From Octopus sinensis (lineage: Eukaryota): a DNA stretch of 64,000 nt. The position numbers and the translations under genes were made by a program. Each line of letters begins with the position of its first letter. Position 1 is the stretch's first letter. The DNA lies in the NCBI RefSeq assembly GCF_006345805.1, contig NC_043014.1, positions 38,998,001 through 39,062,000 of the forward strand. The letters are read 5' to 3'. This document shows, in pieces, positions 22,917-33,969 of this stretch. Below the pieces are notes generated by a model. The model was not told the origin of the DNA. It saw nothing but the letters and a program-made list of their open reading frames with translations, and did no database searches.

Positions 22917-24179
22917 GTATGTCTTACTAAGGGGAGGCTCTTAGGCTTTATGACTTTTAGGTTATGTATAATGTGCAATATATATATATTGCACATTTTT
23001 ATGGCAATTACTTTGAACCATTCATCTGAAGATTGTCGGTATCCTTTTAAAGCAATTTATATGCAACATGTAAAAGGCCCCCCATTGCACTCTTAGAGTG
23101 GTTGGCTTTAGGAATGGCATCCAGCCATAGAAACCAAGTCAAATCAGATTTTGTGCAAGAAAGACAGTGATACACATAAGTGACAATGCAATGTGATTAG
23201 ATGGTGTGTATGTTTGGTGAAAGAAGTACTGGGAATTGGTGATTTAGGAGTACCTGGACATTACTACCTTGTACCCTAGGACTTGTAGGTCCTGTTACCC
23301 AGTGTGTATGGTGTATAAGTGACTGACATCACCACATTTCCCCTGACTAGTCCATTGCAGGGTTACTCGTAGTTAAGTGGACTGGAGCAATGTGAAATGT
23401 AGTGTTTTAATTAAGAACACAATATACCGCTCAGTCATAATCATCATCATTTTAACGTCTGCTCTCCATGCTAGTATAGGTTACACGGTTTGATGTGGAG
23501 CTGGCTAGCAGGGAGCTGTCCAGACTCCAGCTGTCTGTTGTGACATGGTTTCTACAGCTTGATGCCCTTCCTAAAGCCAACCACTTAAGTGTGTACTGGG
23601 TGCTTATTACATGTCACTTATGTAGCACCCGGGTGCTTTTAAGGTAGTACCAGTACCTGAAAGGGAAGACAGTGATTCTACTTGGGAATCAAAACCATAA
23701 TTTTGCAGCTGTGAGTGCAACACCCTAACCACTAAGCCATGTGCCTTCACTTCGTGGTATGTACAGAACTTAAAATATAATTATTTATTTTGTTGGTTCT
23801 AGGAATATTTGGTCTCGTTGAGATCACAGGACCAAGATACTCTATTGTAGCCAGGTGGAGGCTATACAGTGGATCAATAGCAATTGAATCTCCCTCAAAT
23901 CTTAAAAAAGAAAAGGGACACATTGAATAAGATAGATGTAGATACTGTCTGAAAAAAGAATAAACAGTAGGTAAAAAGCACCGACTTCGTGCTGGTGGCA
24001 CATAAAAAGCACCCACTACACTCTCAGAGTGGTTAGCATCCATCTGGTTCGTCAAACCTCAGTCAAAATCGTCCGACCCTTGCTAGCATGGAAAGCGGAC
24101 GTTAAACGATGATGAATGATTGTGGTTAAAACATTTTTCAAGAAAGATTTACTTTTATCGGGGCTCATCAGGAGATTAA

Positions 24180-24401
24180 CCCTTTAGTGTTCGCATTATT
24201 CTACCAAAATTAATCCTTTTTCATCCAAATTGTTTTGAACTAATTATGCATTAATCTTGTAGCTATGAGATTTTGATGAGGTAGCTGTTAATTTTTGAAA
24301 CGATATTGTAGGGTTGGTGTGAGAGACCAGATCTGGCCAGTTTGACCATAAAACAGGCAGAATACTTTTGGCCAGATGTGGCCGGTTTAAATGCTAAAGG
24401 G
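24180..24401. mobile_element. piggyBac-type MITE
   Basis: TTAA on both sides; ccctttag...ctaaaggg termini. Confidence 0.8.
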
Positions 24402-24514
24402 TTAAAAAGAGCAATACCAGATATAAAAACATGATGGATGGATGAAAGATTAGATTAATAAATTGTGCTTACTTAATCCAATTCTTTATTTTCTTTTACT
24501 TTTTTTAATTACAG

Positions 24515-24611
24515 GAATGATGAAAAAACTGCATTTGATTACAAGGTGACTGGTGGATCAGTTCTCCATTTGGTATTGGCATTAAGAGGTGGTCGCCATA
24601 CATTAATTTGA
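24515..24611 (+). CDS. NEDD8: NEDD8 coding exon 5 ([32 protein letters not shown]-stop)
   Basis: ttaattacag acceptor; LALRGG with Ala72 (NEDD8, whereas ubiquitin has Arg72); TGA at 24609-24611; joined CDS 246 nt = 81 aa. Confidence 0.96.
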
Positions 24612-24797
24612 TTAACAAAATGCATTCTTATTAATGGACTGATAATATTTGAAATTATGGACAATTCCTGTCCATGGTTTCATCATGTTTTCTTTTTCTC
24701 CCTCCCAATGTCTTTTTTTTTTTTTGTATAAAACTTGAAAAAAAAAAACAAATCAGAAAAATTTAAGGTATTTTGCTTTATGACTTCTTAGTTAACA

Positions 24798-24803
24798 AAT
24801 AAA
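24798..24803 (+). terminator. Putative NEDD8 polyadenylation signal AATAAA
   Basis: First AATAAA I found after the stop, about 190 nt downstream, following U-rich 3'UTR-like sequence. Confidence 0.5.
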
Positions 24804-24959
24804 AGTAAATTAATGAATATTTTGATTTGGTTTCATTATTCACCATCTAAAATATTCATTTGGTATTTTGCATTGACTACATTTACTTCACATGAATTCC
24901 TTTTGATTCCTGTGGAGCATAGAACATCAGCAAGACATATCCATCTGTCTTGATGTTTG

Positions 24960-25890
24960 GCAAGAAGAAAACTGAAACCAAGCAGTGCAGAGACGCACAG
25001 AGAGTACATTGAAGTCAACCAGGCTGTGATATGGAGTGTAAAGCAGAACAAGAGAAACTATGTTGAGTCTTGCTCAAGAGGTGGAAGAAGTGGTGGTCTA
25101 GAAAAATCTGAATGAACTCTACATCATCATCAAGAGATCTACTTCCTTCCCAGTTGAAGACAAGGCTAGAAACCTTCTTACAAACCAGCAAGAACAGTTG
25201 GAGAGATTGAGGAAACATTTTGAAGAGCTTCTAAAACAGTAGTTCTCATCCAGGGTCCTAAGATTTTTTTTTTTAGTAGTATTTTAAGAGTTGATGGAAA
25301 AATTTTGCTTTCTTGCAACAAACAACTGTTTCTTTCTCTTACATTTTACATAGTTCAAACTACACAAGTGAGTGTGCGATGAACAAAATAGGAATTTTGA
25401 AAGAAGTACCTATAGAACTAGTTTTTAAACATTGAATGGTTAAGAGGGCCCACTAGAATAAAATAGTCCATAGATAAAAGAAAAAAATGGTTGAGTACCA
25501 CTTTTAAAAAAAACTATCAATCATCTAGACCAGTGGTTTTCAACCAGGGTTCCGCAAGAAGTTACAAAACTGCTAAAATCGGCAGTAATTTTTATTCTCC
25601 TGTGCAGATGTGTGCATAAGACTATTAAATTATTGCACAGGGGTTCCTTGAGCCAGTGGAATGCTTCCTTGGGGTGCCGCTCCAGGAAAAATGTTGAAAA
25701 GCACTGATCTCGACAGACATCCAGCAGAAACTCTCTGAATATCAGCATGGAGACTCCATCACTAGGTGACATTCAGAAAGCAATCCTCAAAATGAGAAAT
25801 GGGGAAAGCATCAGGCCCAGCTGAAGCATTGAAAGCGGAAGTAGATTTGTTGGTTGAAGCCTTCTACTACCTATTCAAAATTTGGGATTC
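24960..25890 (+). mobile_element. Degenerate RTE ORF fragment (linker and start of RT) interrupted by two hAT MITEs
   Basis: EYIEVNQAV..KRNYVE, QEQLERL.KHFEELL and DIQKAILKMRNG..SGP..AEALKA motifs across frames. Confidence 0.7.
25531..25706. mobile_element. hAT/Charlie-type MITE with 8-bp TSD
   Basis: cagtggttttcaac ... gttgaaaagcactg; TSD atctagac/atctcgac fits the NTCTAGAN target. Confidence 0.85.
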
Positions 25891-26639
25891 TGCATTGAAT
25901 ATCAGAGAAAAATTACTTGGTTATAATTTATAGTTAAATAAAATTAACTTGTAATAATGTGGTTTATAAGTGAGCTAAAAAAGTGGCCAGGTTGTTAACC
26001 CTTCCAATAGCAACACACTTCTGTCTGTTCATATTAAAGTGTTTGTATTTAAATTAAATCTCATAACATGAATTGCATTGTGAAATTTCATTTGGTCAAC
26101 ACCAGCGTATGCCAGAATTAAATATACTTAACAAAATCCCTCCAAAGTCTCAATTTGGAAATAATCATCCCCACTTTTTCCAAGGTAAATATAGAGATAG
26201 GATGATTACCGCTGGAACATCTTTTGATTGCAGATGGAAAATGAACGTTAAATGATGATGATGATTTTAGAAATTTTATCAAAACTTAAAGATTGTAATG
26301 AAAAGTAAAAAAAGATTCTCTTTTTGCAACGATATTTCAAGTTGAATCAAGGATCATTCATTCGTTATTGGAGCTGATTTGTACTTAACTAAGCATTATG
26401 TTCATCATATTGCTGCTTCGTGCCAACAAGAGAACTTCTATATAATCCAGGCCTGGCCAACTCAAATTACATTGTGGGCCACTTTAATCACAATTGAAAG
26501 CATTTTGCTTTCTCATGCTATTATTACAATAATGAATGGATGATCCTTGATTCAACATGAAATATCATTGCAAAAACAGTATTATCTTTCTTTTTTACTT
26601 TTCATTACAATCTTTAGGTTTTGATATCATTTCTAAAAT

Positions 26640-27260
26640 CATCATCATCGTTTAATGTCTGTTTTCCATGCTGGCATGGGTTGGACAGTTCAACTGGGGT
26701 CTGGGAAGCCAGGAGGCTGCACCAGGCTCCAATCTGATATGGCAGTGTTTCTACAGTTGGATGCTCTTCCTGACGACAACCACTCTGAGAGTGTAGTGGG
26801 TGCTTTTTATGTGCCACTGGCACAGAGGCCAGAGGGGGCTGGCATTGGCGTTTGGGTGGTACTTTTTACGTGCCACCAGCGGGAGCCAGTCAAGGCGGCA
26901 CTGGCATTGGCCATGTTCAGATGGTGTTTTTTACATGCCATTGGCATGGAGAACCAGATGGGATGCCCGCATCAGTCACAACTACAACTTCCATTTGATT
27001 GTGGTTTGATTTGATTTTGATGATGTACTTGACTCAATAGGTCTCCTCAAGCATGGTATGTCACCCTACGATCCAAATGTACATTTTTGAGTGGGTTAGT
27101 TATGTGACACTGGTGTAGGCTACAGCTGTGATCTCACTTTATTTGCTGGGTCTTATCAGTCACAGCAAATCTCCAGAGGGCTCAATCTTTCGTCATTGTC
27201 TCTGTGAGGCCTAATGTCCGAAGGTCATGCTTCACCACCTCATCCCATATCTTCCTGGGT
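26640..27260 (-). mobile_element. Family C RTE 3' portion
   Basis: RPRKIWDEVVKHDLR-like ORF end near 27220-27260, 3'UTR units and (GAT)n tail. Confidence 0.8.
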
Positions 27261-27573
27261 CTCCTACCACAGGTTAATAAACCCATTTCAAGAAAGTATC
27301 AAGAGGGCCACAAGAATGTCTGTAGCCTGCGGGCCTCGGGTTGGCTAGCCCTGACGTAGTCGGTTGACTGACCCAGAAATAGCAGCCAAATTTCCCTCAA
27401 ATCATATCTGCATGATTGGGACCAAACAACATGCTTAGCATACTACTGCTTACATCAAAGCAGGCTTTTTTTAACTATTCCATGCAATACAGCTTGTCAA
27501 TTCATTTAAACCTACCTTTGGACAGATTTTGTAACATGCTATATGAGAAAGCATTACTAAGTCTTAGTCTTAC

Positions 27574-27706
27574 CATCCTCTGTATCTAAGAAAGAGACAC
27601 TGAATGATTCCCCCATGACTTTTACAGTGCACCTGAGCCAAGTCTGAGGGTAAAGGGTCAATCCACCCACTCCCTGCTGTAGTATTTAATTGCTTCTTTA
27701 CTGACT
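27574..27706 (-). CDS. Candidate exon of the same unidentified gene (SVKKQLNTTAGSGWIDPLPSDLAQVHCKSHGGIIQCLFLRYRG)
   Basis: tcatccttcaag acceptor (AAG type) and strong ATG/gtaaga donor; single open frame, phase 1-2, compatible with 32861-33004. Confidence 0.3.
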
Positions 27707-27980
27707 CTTGAAGGATGATAAATAAAGTAGAACTCCAGACACACAGAGCTACAACATGTTGGGAAAATATTACCATACTTGGAAACAGGTAAGAGTTGGT
27801 GACAAGAAGGGCATCTAGCCATAGAAAAATTGCCTCAACATATACAAACATGGAAAAGTGGACGTTAAATTATGACATTGAAGTTATCGACTTGTTTGAT
27901 TCATTTCCCTTAGCTTGGTTTGTTATTATACAAATTACTGCTGGCCAAAAATGTTATTGACTTTTCCTATGAACATTGAC

Positions 27981-28340
27981 GTGGAGGCGCAATGGCCCAG
28001 TGGTTAGAGCAGCGGACTCGCGGTTTCGATTCCCAGACTGGGCGTTGTGAATGTTTATTGAGCGAAAACACCTAAAAGCTCCACGAGGCTCCGGCAGGGG
28101 ATGGTGGTGATCCCTGCTGTACTCTTTCTCTCACTCTTACTTCCTGTTTCTGTTGTACCTGTATTTCAAAGGGCCGGTCTTGTCACTGTCTGTGTCACGC
28201 TGAATATCCCCGAGAACTACGTTAAGGGTACACGTGTCTGTGGAGTGCTCAGCCACTTACACGTTAATTTCAAGAGCAGGCTGTTCCGTTGATTCGGATC
28301 AACCGGAACCCTCGTCGTCGTAACCGACGGAGTGCTTCCA
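27981..28340 (+). mobile_element. Family D tRNA-derived SINE
   Basis: gtggaggcgcaatggcccagtggttagagcagcggactc head; homologous to 33970-34280 and, reversed, to 3650-3790. Confidence 0.85.
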
Positions 28341-28768
28341 TCATTGTGCAAATTACTGCTGGCCAAAAATGTTATTGACTCTTTTCCTATGACCATTGAT
28401 GAGGTCTGATAACACCAAATGCTCAGAGTTGTCACTTCACTCTGAGCATAAAATGTAAATTTTTCGCGAAATTAATTTCTTGAATTTTTTTTTTAAAAGC
28501 ACAAATGTTGGGGTGATAATAACAAACATTTATGCTTTAAAAATAATTTTTTGTTTTTGTTTTTTAGATTGGCAAACAGTTCCCACTGTTTTTCTTCTCC
28601 AATTAAGACGCAAATTTCAGTTCATTGAAAAAAATGTATATATCATTGGTTCGCTTCAACATCGCCTATTTTACCCAGCTTGAGTTATTTCCCTTAGCTT
28701 CGTATTTTATTTATTTATTTTTTTGTAATATTTGTATACCACAACTTATGTTGGTAATTGGTTCTAAG

Positions 28769-28805
28769 GGATCTTTTCCTTTTGAACGGCAGTTTTCAAA
28801 GATCC
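28769..28805. mobile_element. 37-bp deletion derivative of the GGATCT-TIR transposon
   Basis: ggatcttttccttttgaacggcagttttcaaagatcc flanked by identical gttctaag at 28761-28768 and 28806-28813. Confidence 0.8.
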
Positions 28806-28882
28806 GTTCTAAGATATGCTGATTCGAGAAAAAACAAACATTAACGACATAACACGAAGAAACATTTAAAAAAAATATCTTA

Positions 28883-29220
28883 GGCGCAGGAGTGGCTGTG
28901 TGGTAAGTAGCTTGCTAACCAACCACATGGTTCCGTGGCATCTTGGGCAAGTGTCTTCTGCTATAGCCCCGGGCCGACCAATGCCTTGTAGACGGAAACT
29001 GAAAGAAGCCTGTCGTATATATGTGTGTGTTTGTCCCCCTAGCATTGGTTGACAACCGATGCTGGTGTGTTGACGTCCCCGTCACATAGCGGTTCGGCAA
29101 AAGAGACCGATAGAATAAGTACTGGGCTTACAAAGAATAAGTTTCGGGGTCGATTTGCTCGACTAAAGGCGGTGCTCCAGCATTGACGCAGTCAAATGAC
29201 TGAAACAAGTAAAAGAGAGT
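28883..29220 (+). mobile_element. Family A SINE with internal deletions
   Basis: ggcgcaggagtggctgtgtggt head and standard tail. Confidence 0.88.
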
Positions 29221-29397
29221 ATATCTGTTTTTATGAATGGTTGATTTGGGCATACTTTCACATCTATATTATTTGATTTTCACTTCAGTATTGAGTTTTA
29301 GACGTTTTTTTAATTTTCAATAACTTAAAGTCTGATAAACCGACTGAAGACGAAGTTTATAAAAAACGAAAGAAAAAAAAAAGTAAATTCGAATGGA

Positions 29398-29795
29398 GGC
29401 GCAGGAGTGGCTGTGTGGTAAGTAGCTTGCTAACCAACCACATGGTGTCGGGTTCAGTCCCACTGCGCGGCATCTTGGGCAAGTGTCTTCTGTTATAGCC
29501 CCGGGCCGACCAATGCCTTGTGAGTGGATTTGGTAGACGGAAACTGAAAGAAGCCCGTTGTATATATATATGTATATATATATATATATGTGTGTGTCTG
29601 TGTTTGTCCCCTAGTATTGCTTGACAACCGATGCTGATGTGTTTACGTCCTCATCACTTAGCGGTTCGGCAAAAGAGACCGATAGAATAAGTACTGGGCT
29701 TACAAGGAATAAGTCCCGGGGTCGATTTGCTCGACTAAAGGCGGTGCTCCAGCATGGCCACAGTCAAATGACTGAAACAAGGAAAAGAGGAAAGA
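29398..29795 (+). mobile_element. Family A SINE, full length
   Basis: Head, microsatellite and tail present. Confidence 0.9.
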
Positions 29796-30149
29796 GGGAT
29801 GTAATTCGAAATGACCTAAGTTGAGGTATGCCTGTACATTGATGTAACAACGATAGGCATATAGAGAGATATTAGTTTTAAATTTTGACACAAGGCCCGC
29901 GATTTCGGGTAGTGGGTAAGTCAATTACATCGACCTCACTACTCTGGTACTTATTTTATCGACTCTGAAAGGATGAAAGGCAAAGTCGACCTCTGTGCCA
30001 TTTGAGTTCAGAACATAAAGACGTTCGAAACGCCGCTATGCATTTTGCTCGTGCTAACGATTCTGCCAGCCCGCAGCCTTATGATATAAGTATTCGTTTA
30101 TAATATATTAATATATTGATTAAGTCTTGTCACAAAAATTTTTAAGCTA

Positions 30150-30545
30150 CTAGCAGTATCGCCCGGCGTTGCTTGGGTTTGTAAGGGAAATAACTATATA
30201 AGTATTTTTAGAGATGTAAAGTATAATAGCCATCTCAATATGGCTAACCACAAAGGGGGGTGGGGGTTACTGTAGCTTTTTACGTTCTGAGATTTAATAA
30301 TACATTTTTAGAGAGTTACTTCCCTTATATATGCCAAAAATGCATTAAAAATGGAAAAAATTGATGGTAAATTCTTTTTAAAATCGTAGACTCATCGTAG
30401 ACGCGCGCTAATACCCAGAAGGGCTCGATATGAATGACGACTATAAGATACCCGGTTTTGGTTAAACTGCACCGCAAAATGTGGGAGTAGTTAGGAATCT
30501 AAATCGTAGGAGACAGACACACAACTTCACTTTTATATATAAAGA
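30150..30545 (-). mobile_element. Non-autonomous Helitron
   Basis: On the minus strand begins TC, ends hairpin + CTAG, inserted between A and T; homologous to 34473-34865. Confidence 0.85.
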
Positions 30546-30879
30546 TTTAACAGTGACGTATTGTAGGAAGAGATTTTTGATGACCATCTCGTTCTATCTT
30601 TTATAATTTACTCCAGACTACCTTATTCAATATCCTCCCTTGTTCTAAAAATACATTCGACTTTGATTTCAGAGATTTGTCGTGTGATGATGCACTTCAC
30701 ACACAAAGCTCAATGTGTGGTAAGAAGCTTGCTTCCCAACCACATGGTTTCAGGTTCAGTCCTTGGGAAAGTGACTTCTACTATAGCCTCGGGCCAACCG
30801 AAGCCTTGTGAGTGGATTTGGTAGATGAAAACCGAAAGAAATCCGTCTTATATATACATATATACACACACATATATAT

Positions 30880-31110
30880 ATAGTTGAATTTTACAGAAAA
30901 ACAGAAGACGAAGACAGGAGTGTGAACAGCAAGTAAGTGTATTAGTTTCACGCTCGGGAAAAATGAAAAAGTCTAATTCCTTTCTGTTGAAGAGCGTATG
31001 CTCGAAACGTAAAAGACTTTTTCATTTTTGCCGAGCGTCAAACTAATACACTTGCTTGTTGTTCATACAACTGTCTTCGTATTTTGTTTTTCTATAAATT
31101 TCAACTCTAT
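30880..31110. mobile_element. Palindromic element (~95-bp inverted arms) with central hammerhead-like motif, inside a family A SINE microsatellite
   Basis: Arms 30880-30974 and 31014-31110 are imperfect reverse complements; centre cttt-CTGTTGAA-gagc-gtat-gctc-GAAAC-GTA-aaag. Confidence 0.75.
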
Positions 31111-31284
31111 ATTATACGCTTACGTGGTTACCCCAGTTTGATTCTGACTGAACTCTTTGGACTTGCATATCTTAATCACTTCCCGAACTTTCAGCATTTC
31201 TGCTTATCCACATACCAGCAATCCACCCGGATTATCACTGGGCCTACTGGCTCTACCTTCACGGATTTCACTGGATTTTTTTTG

Positions 31285-31316
<32 letters not shown>

Positions 31317-32244
31317 TATGTATGTATGTATATATTTGTGTATGTCTATTTTTTCCACATACCATCACTTGACAACCGATGTGCTGGTGTGTTTACGTCC
31401 TCGTTACTTAGCGGTTCGGCAAAAGAGACCGATAGAATAGCTATTAGGCTTACAAAGAATGAGTCATTTGGTCGATGTTTTCGACCAAAGGCGATGCTCC
31501 AGCGTGCCTGCAGTCAAATGACTGAAACAAGTAAAAGAATTACTTGTGCATTTTTTCATGGAACTTAGGAGTCTATAGTCGCTTGACTTGCTGTAGATAA
31601 GAGTTCAATCTTCTTCAAATGGCGCATATTTCTGCCTTAAGGGAAAGACACATTGGATGATGATAATTGGTTTCAAATTTTGGCACAAGACCAGCAGCTT
31701 TGGGGAGGGGCAAAATCGATTAAATCGACTACAGTGTTTAACTGATACTTATTTTCTCGACCCCGCTGGAATTTGAATTCAAAGCGTGAAGACGGACGAA
31801 ATGCTGCGAAGCTTTTTGCCCGTTGCTAACGTTTCTGCCAGGTCGCCGACCTCCACATTGGGTGGTAATATATAGATAGGATATTCGTGGCTGAAAGTTT
31901 TACTCAATAAGAGCTGACCTAGGGCCAAACAGTGACAACTGACGATTGAAGGGTTTCTTACTACCTCTCCAGGTCTATAGAATTATAGATTTGTGCGAAC
32001 GTCACAAATATACATGACAGCAGACTGGCGAAGTCTTTACAACGTCAAATAAAATTCTTTAGGGTATTTGTTCCAGCGCTCTGAGTTCAAATTTCTCCGA
32101 GGTTAACTTTATTGAACCTTTTTGACGTGAATAAATAGAGCATCATTCCAGAATGGCGGAACTTAAGCGCATCGGGCAGGATGCCTTATGGTATGTTTTC
32201 AAGCTCCATATTTCTGACAACGATATCTGCAACCACAAAGGTAA

Positions 32245-32832
32245 CTATTTCTTTATTACCCACAAGGGGCTAAACACAGAGGGGACAAATAAGGACAGAC
32301 AAGGGGATTAAGTCGATTACATTGACCCCAGTGCGTAACTGGTGCTTAATTTATCGACCCCGAAAGGATGAAAGGCAAAGTCGACCTCGGCTGAAATTGA
32401 ACTCACAGCGTAACGACAGACGAAATACGGCTACGCATTTCACCCGGCGTGCTAACGTTTCTGCCAGCTCGCCGACAGACAAACGGATTAAGTCGATTAT
32501 ATCGACCCCAGTGCGTAACTGGTACTTAATTTAATCGACCCCGAAAGGATGAAAGGCAAAGTCGACTTCGGCGGAATTTGAACTCAGAACGTTACGGCAG
32601 CCGAAATACCGCTAAGCATTTCGCCCGACGTGCTAACGATTCTGCCAGCTCGCCGACAGACAAACGGATTAAGTCGATTATATCGACCCCAGTGCGTAAC
32701 TGGTACTTAATTTAATCGATCCCGAAAGGATGAAAGGCAAAGTCGACCTCGGCGGAATTTGAACTCAGAACGTTACGGCAGCCGAAATACCGCTAAGCAT
32801 TTCGCCCGACGTGCTAACGATTCTGCCAGCTC
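32245..32832 (-). mobile_element. Family B SINE tandem trimer
   Basis: Units of 180-181 bp starting gacagac at 32294, 32474 and 32655; caaaggta on both flanks. Confidence 0.9.
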
Positions 32833-32860
32833 AAAGGTACCAAGCTGTACTGCCTTTTAC

Positions 32861-33004
32861 CTTTTTTCTGTACCACAAATATTTGTGGTGTAGAGAAGGG
32901 AGACCTGCATTCATAAGCAGTGGATGGTTTTCCATAAAGATTCTTGTGCTTTGAAGGGGCAAGTTCTCGCTTGGGATTCATCATCTCATGAGATATGCAG
33001 AGGT
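32861..33004 (-). CDS. Candidate exon of an unidentified minus-strand gene (LCISHEMMNPKRELAPSKHKNLYGKPSTAYECRSPFSTPQIFVVQKK)
   Basis: tttcgttcgcag acceptor and AAG/gtaaaa donor on the minus strand; only one open frame (phase 1-1); unique sequence; no recognised homologue. Confidence 0.35.
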
Positions 33005-33969
33005 CTGCGAACGAAATATTCATTTATTATATATCCCAGTCTGTAGCAATATTAATTATTCAGTGTCTGAGTTAAAATCCCTGTGTGTCCTATATATGTA
33101 GTAGATTTAATCTGTTCCCTGAATTAACATCAACACCTCGTCTGGGGGTGTTTTTAACAGGGTTCCTTGTCGCAAGCTTTTTGGCCAGGTCTCTGGTTTG
33201 AGGCTAACTTTCTCCCTCTCCTCTTTTATAAGCTTCAATGGTTCTGAAAAGGGCATAGGAACTGCTCTACCTCCTAAAAGATAAAGGTTATTCCAACTAT
33301 AGCCATCCTGCTTTTGGAATACTGTTAAGCTATATTAACGGCATTATTCAATGTGTCCATTCTTGTTTTTTTCTTAAGACAGTGAGGTATGATTTTGTAG
33401 TGGTGGTGAGGATTTGGCTACTATTTCTAGCTGATCGAACAACCATATAGAGGCTAAGCTAATGAAGGCGACTGTATGGATGCTAAAAATAGCAAGCAAA
33501 TCACCCTTAAAATGCACACTATCGCCTTTAAAAAGAGATACTGAATAATGCTGACCGGTGTACATATATTTCTGAGAAAGAATCTGCACCCCACTAACTC
33601 GGATAATCATGACTTGAATGTCTCATCGGGGCTGACTAGGGTCCTAGCAACAACATCTTCATAGGGACTAATGTAAAAACATTTGTTTTACGGAGAAAGT
33701 GAGTGAGAGTTATTTTAAAATAAGTCCTTAAATTTTTCAACCGTGAATATATAGGACTCGCAATAAAATTCGCTTTCCGACTGAAATAGAAAATTATTAT
33801 AATTCTGATTCCAAACATTTCGCAAATAGCTTTAGAATTATCTTTCCAAGTCGTTGTTTTACCACATAACTCCGTCCTTATTACCTCTTCGCGTACCTTC
33901 ATGTAAACCCTAACTGAACAGACCTGACCTATGTTCAAAAGTACAGTAACTAAAAGTATATCATTCATC

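Noticed and set aside
28567-28683. Plus-strand exon candidate after a poly-T acceptor
   Set aside because: No suitable donor, stops in all frames, and no relation to NEDD8 or DPAGT1 coding sequence
33636-33968. 110-aa minus-strand ORF
   Set aside because: No motif; the internal donor/acceptor combinations I tried gave premature stops. It might hold 5' exons of the candidate minus-strand gene, but this is unsupported.
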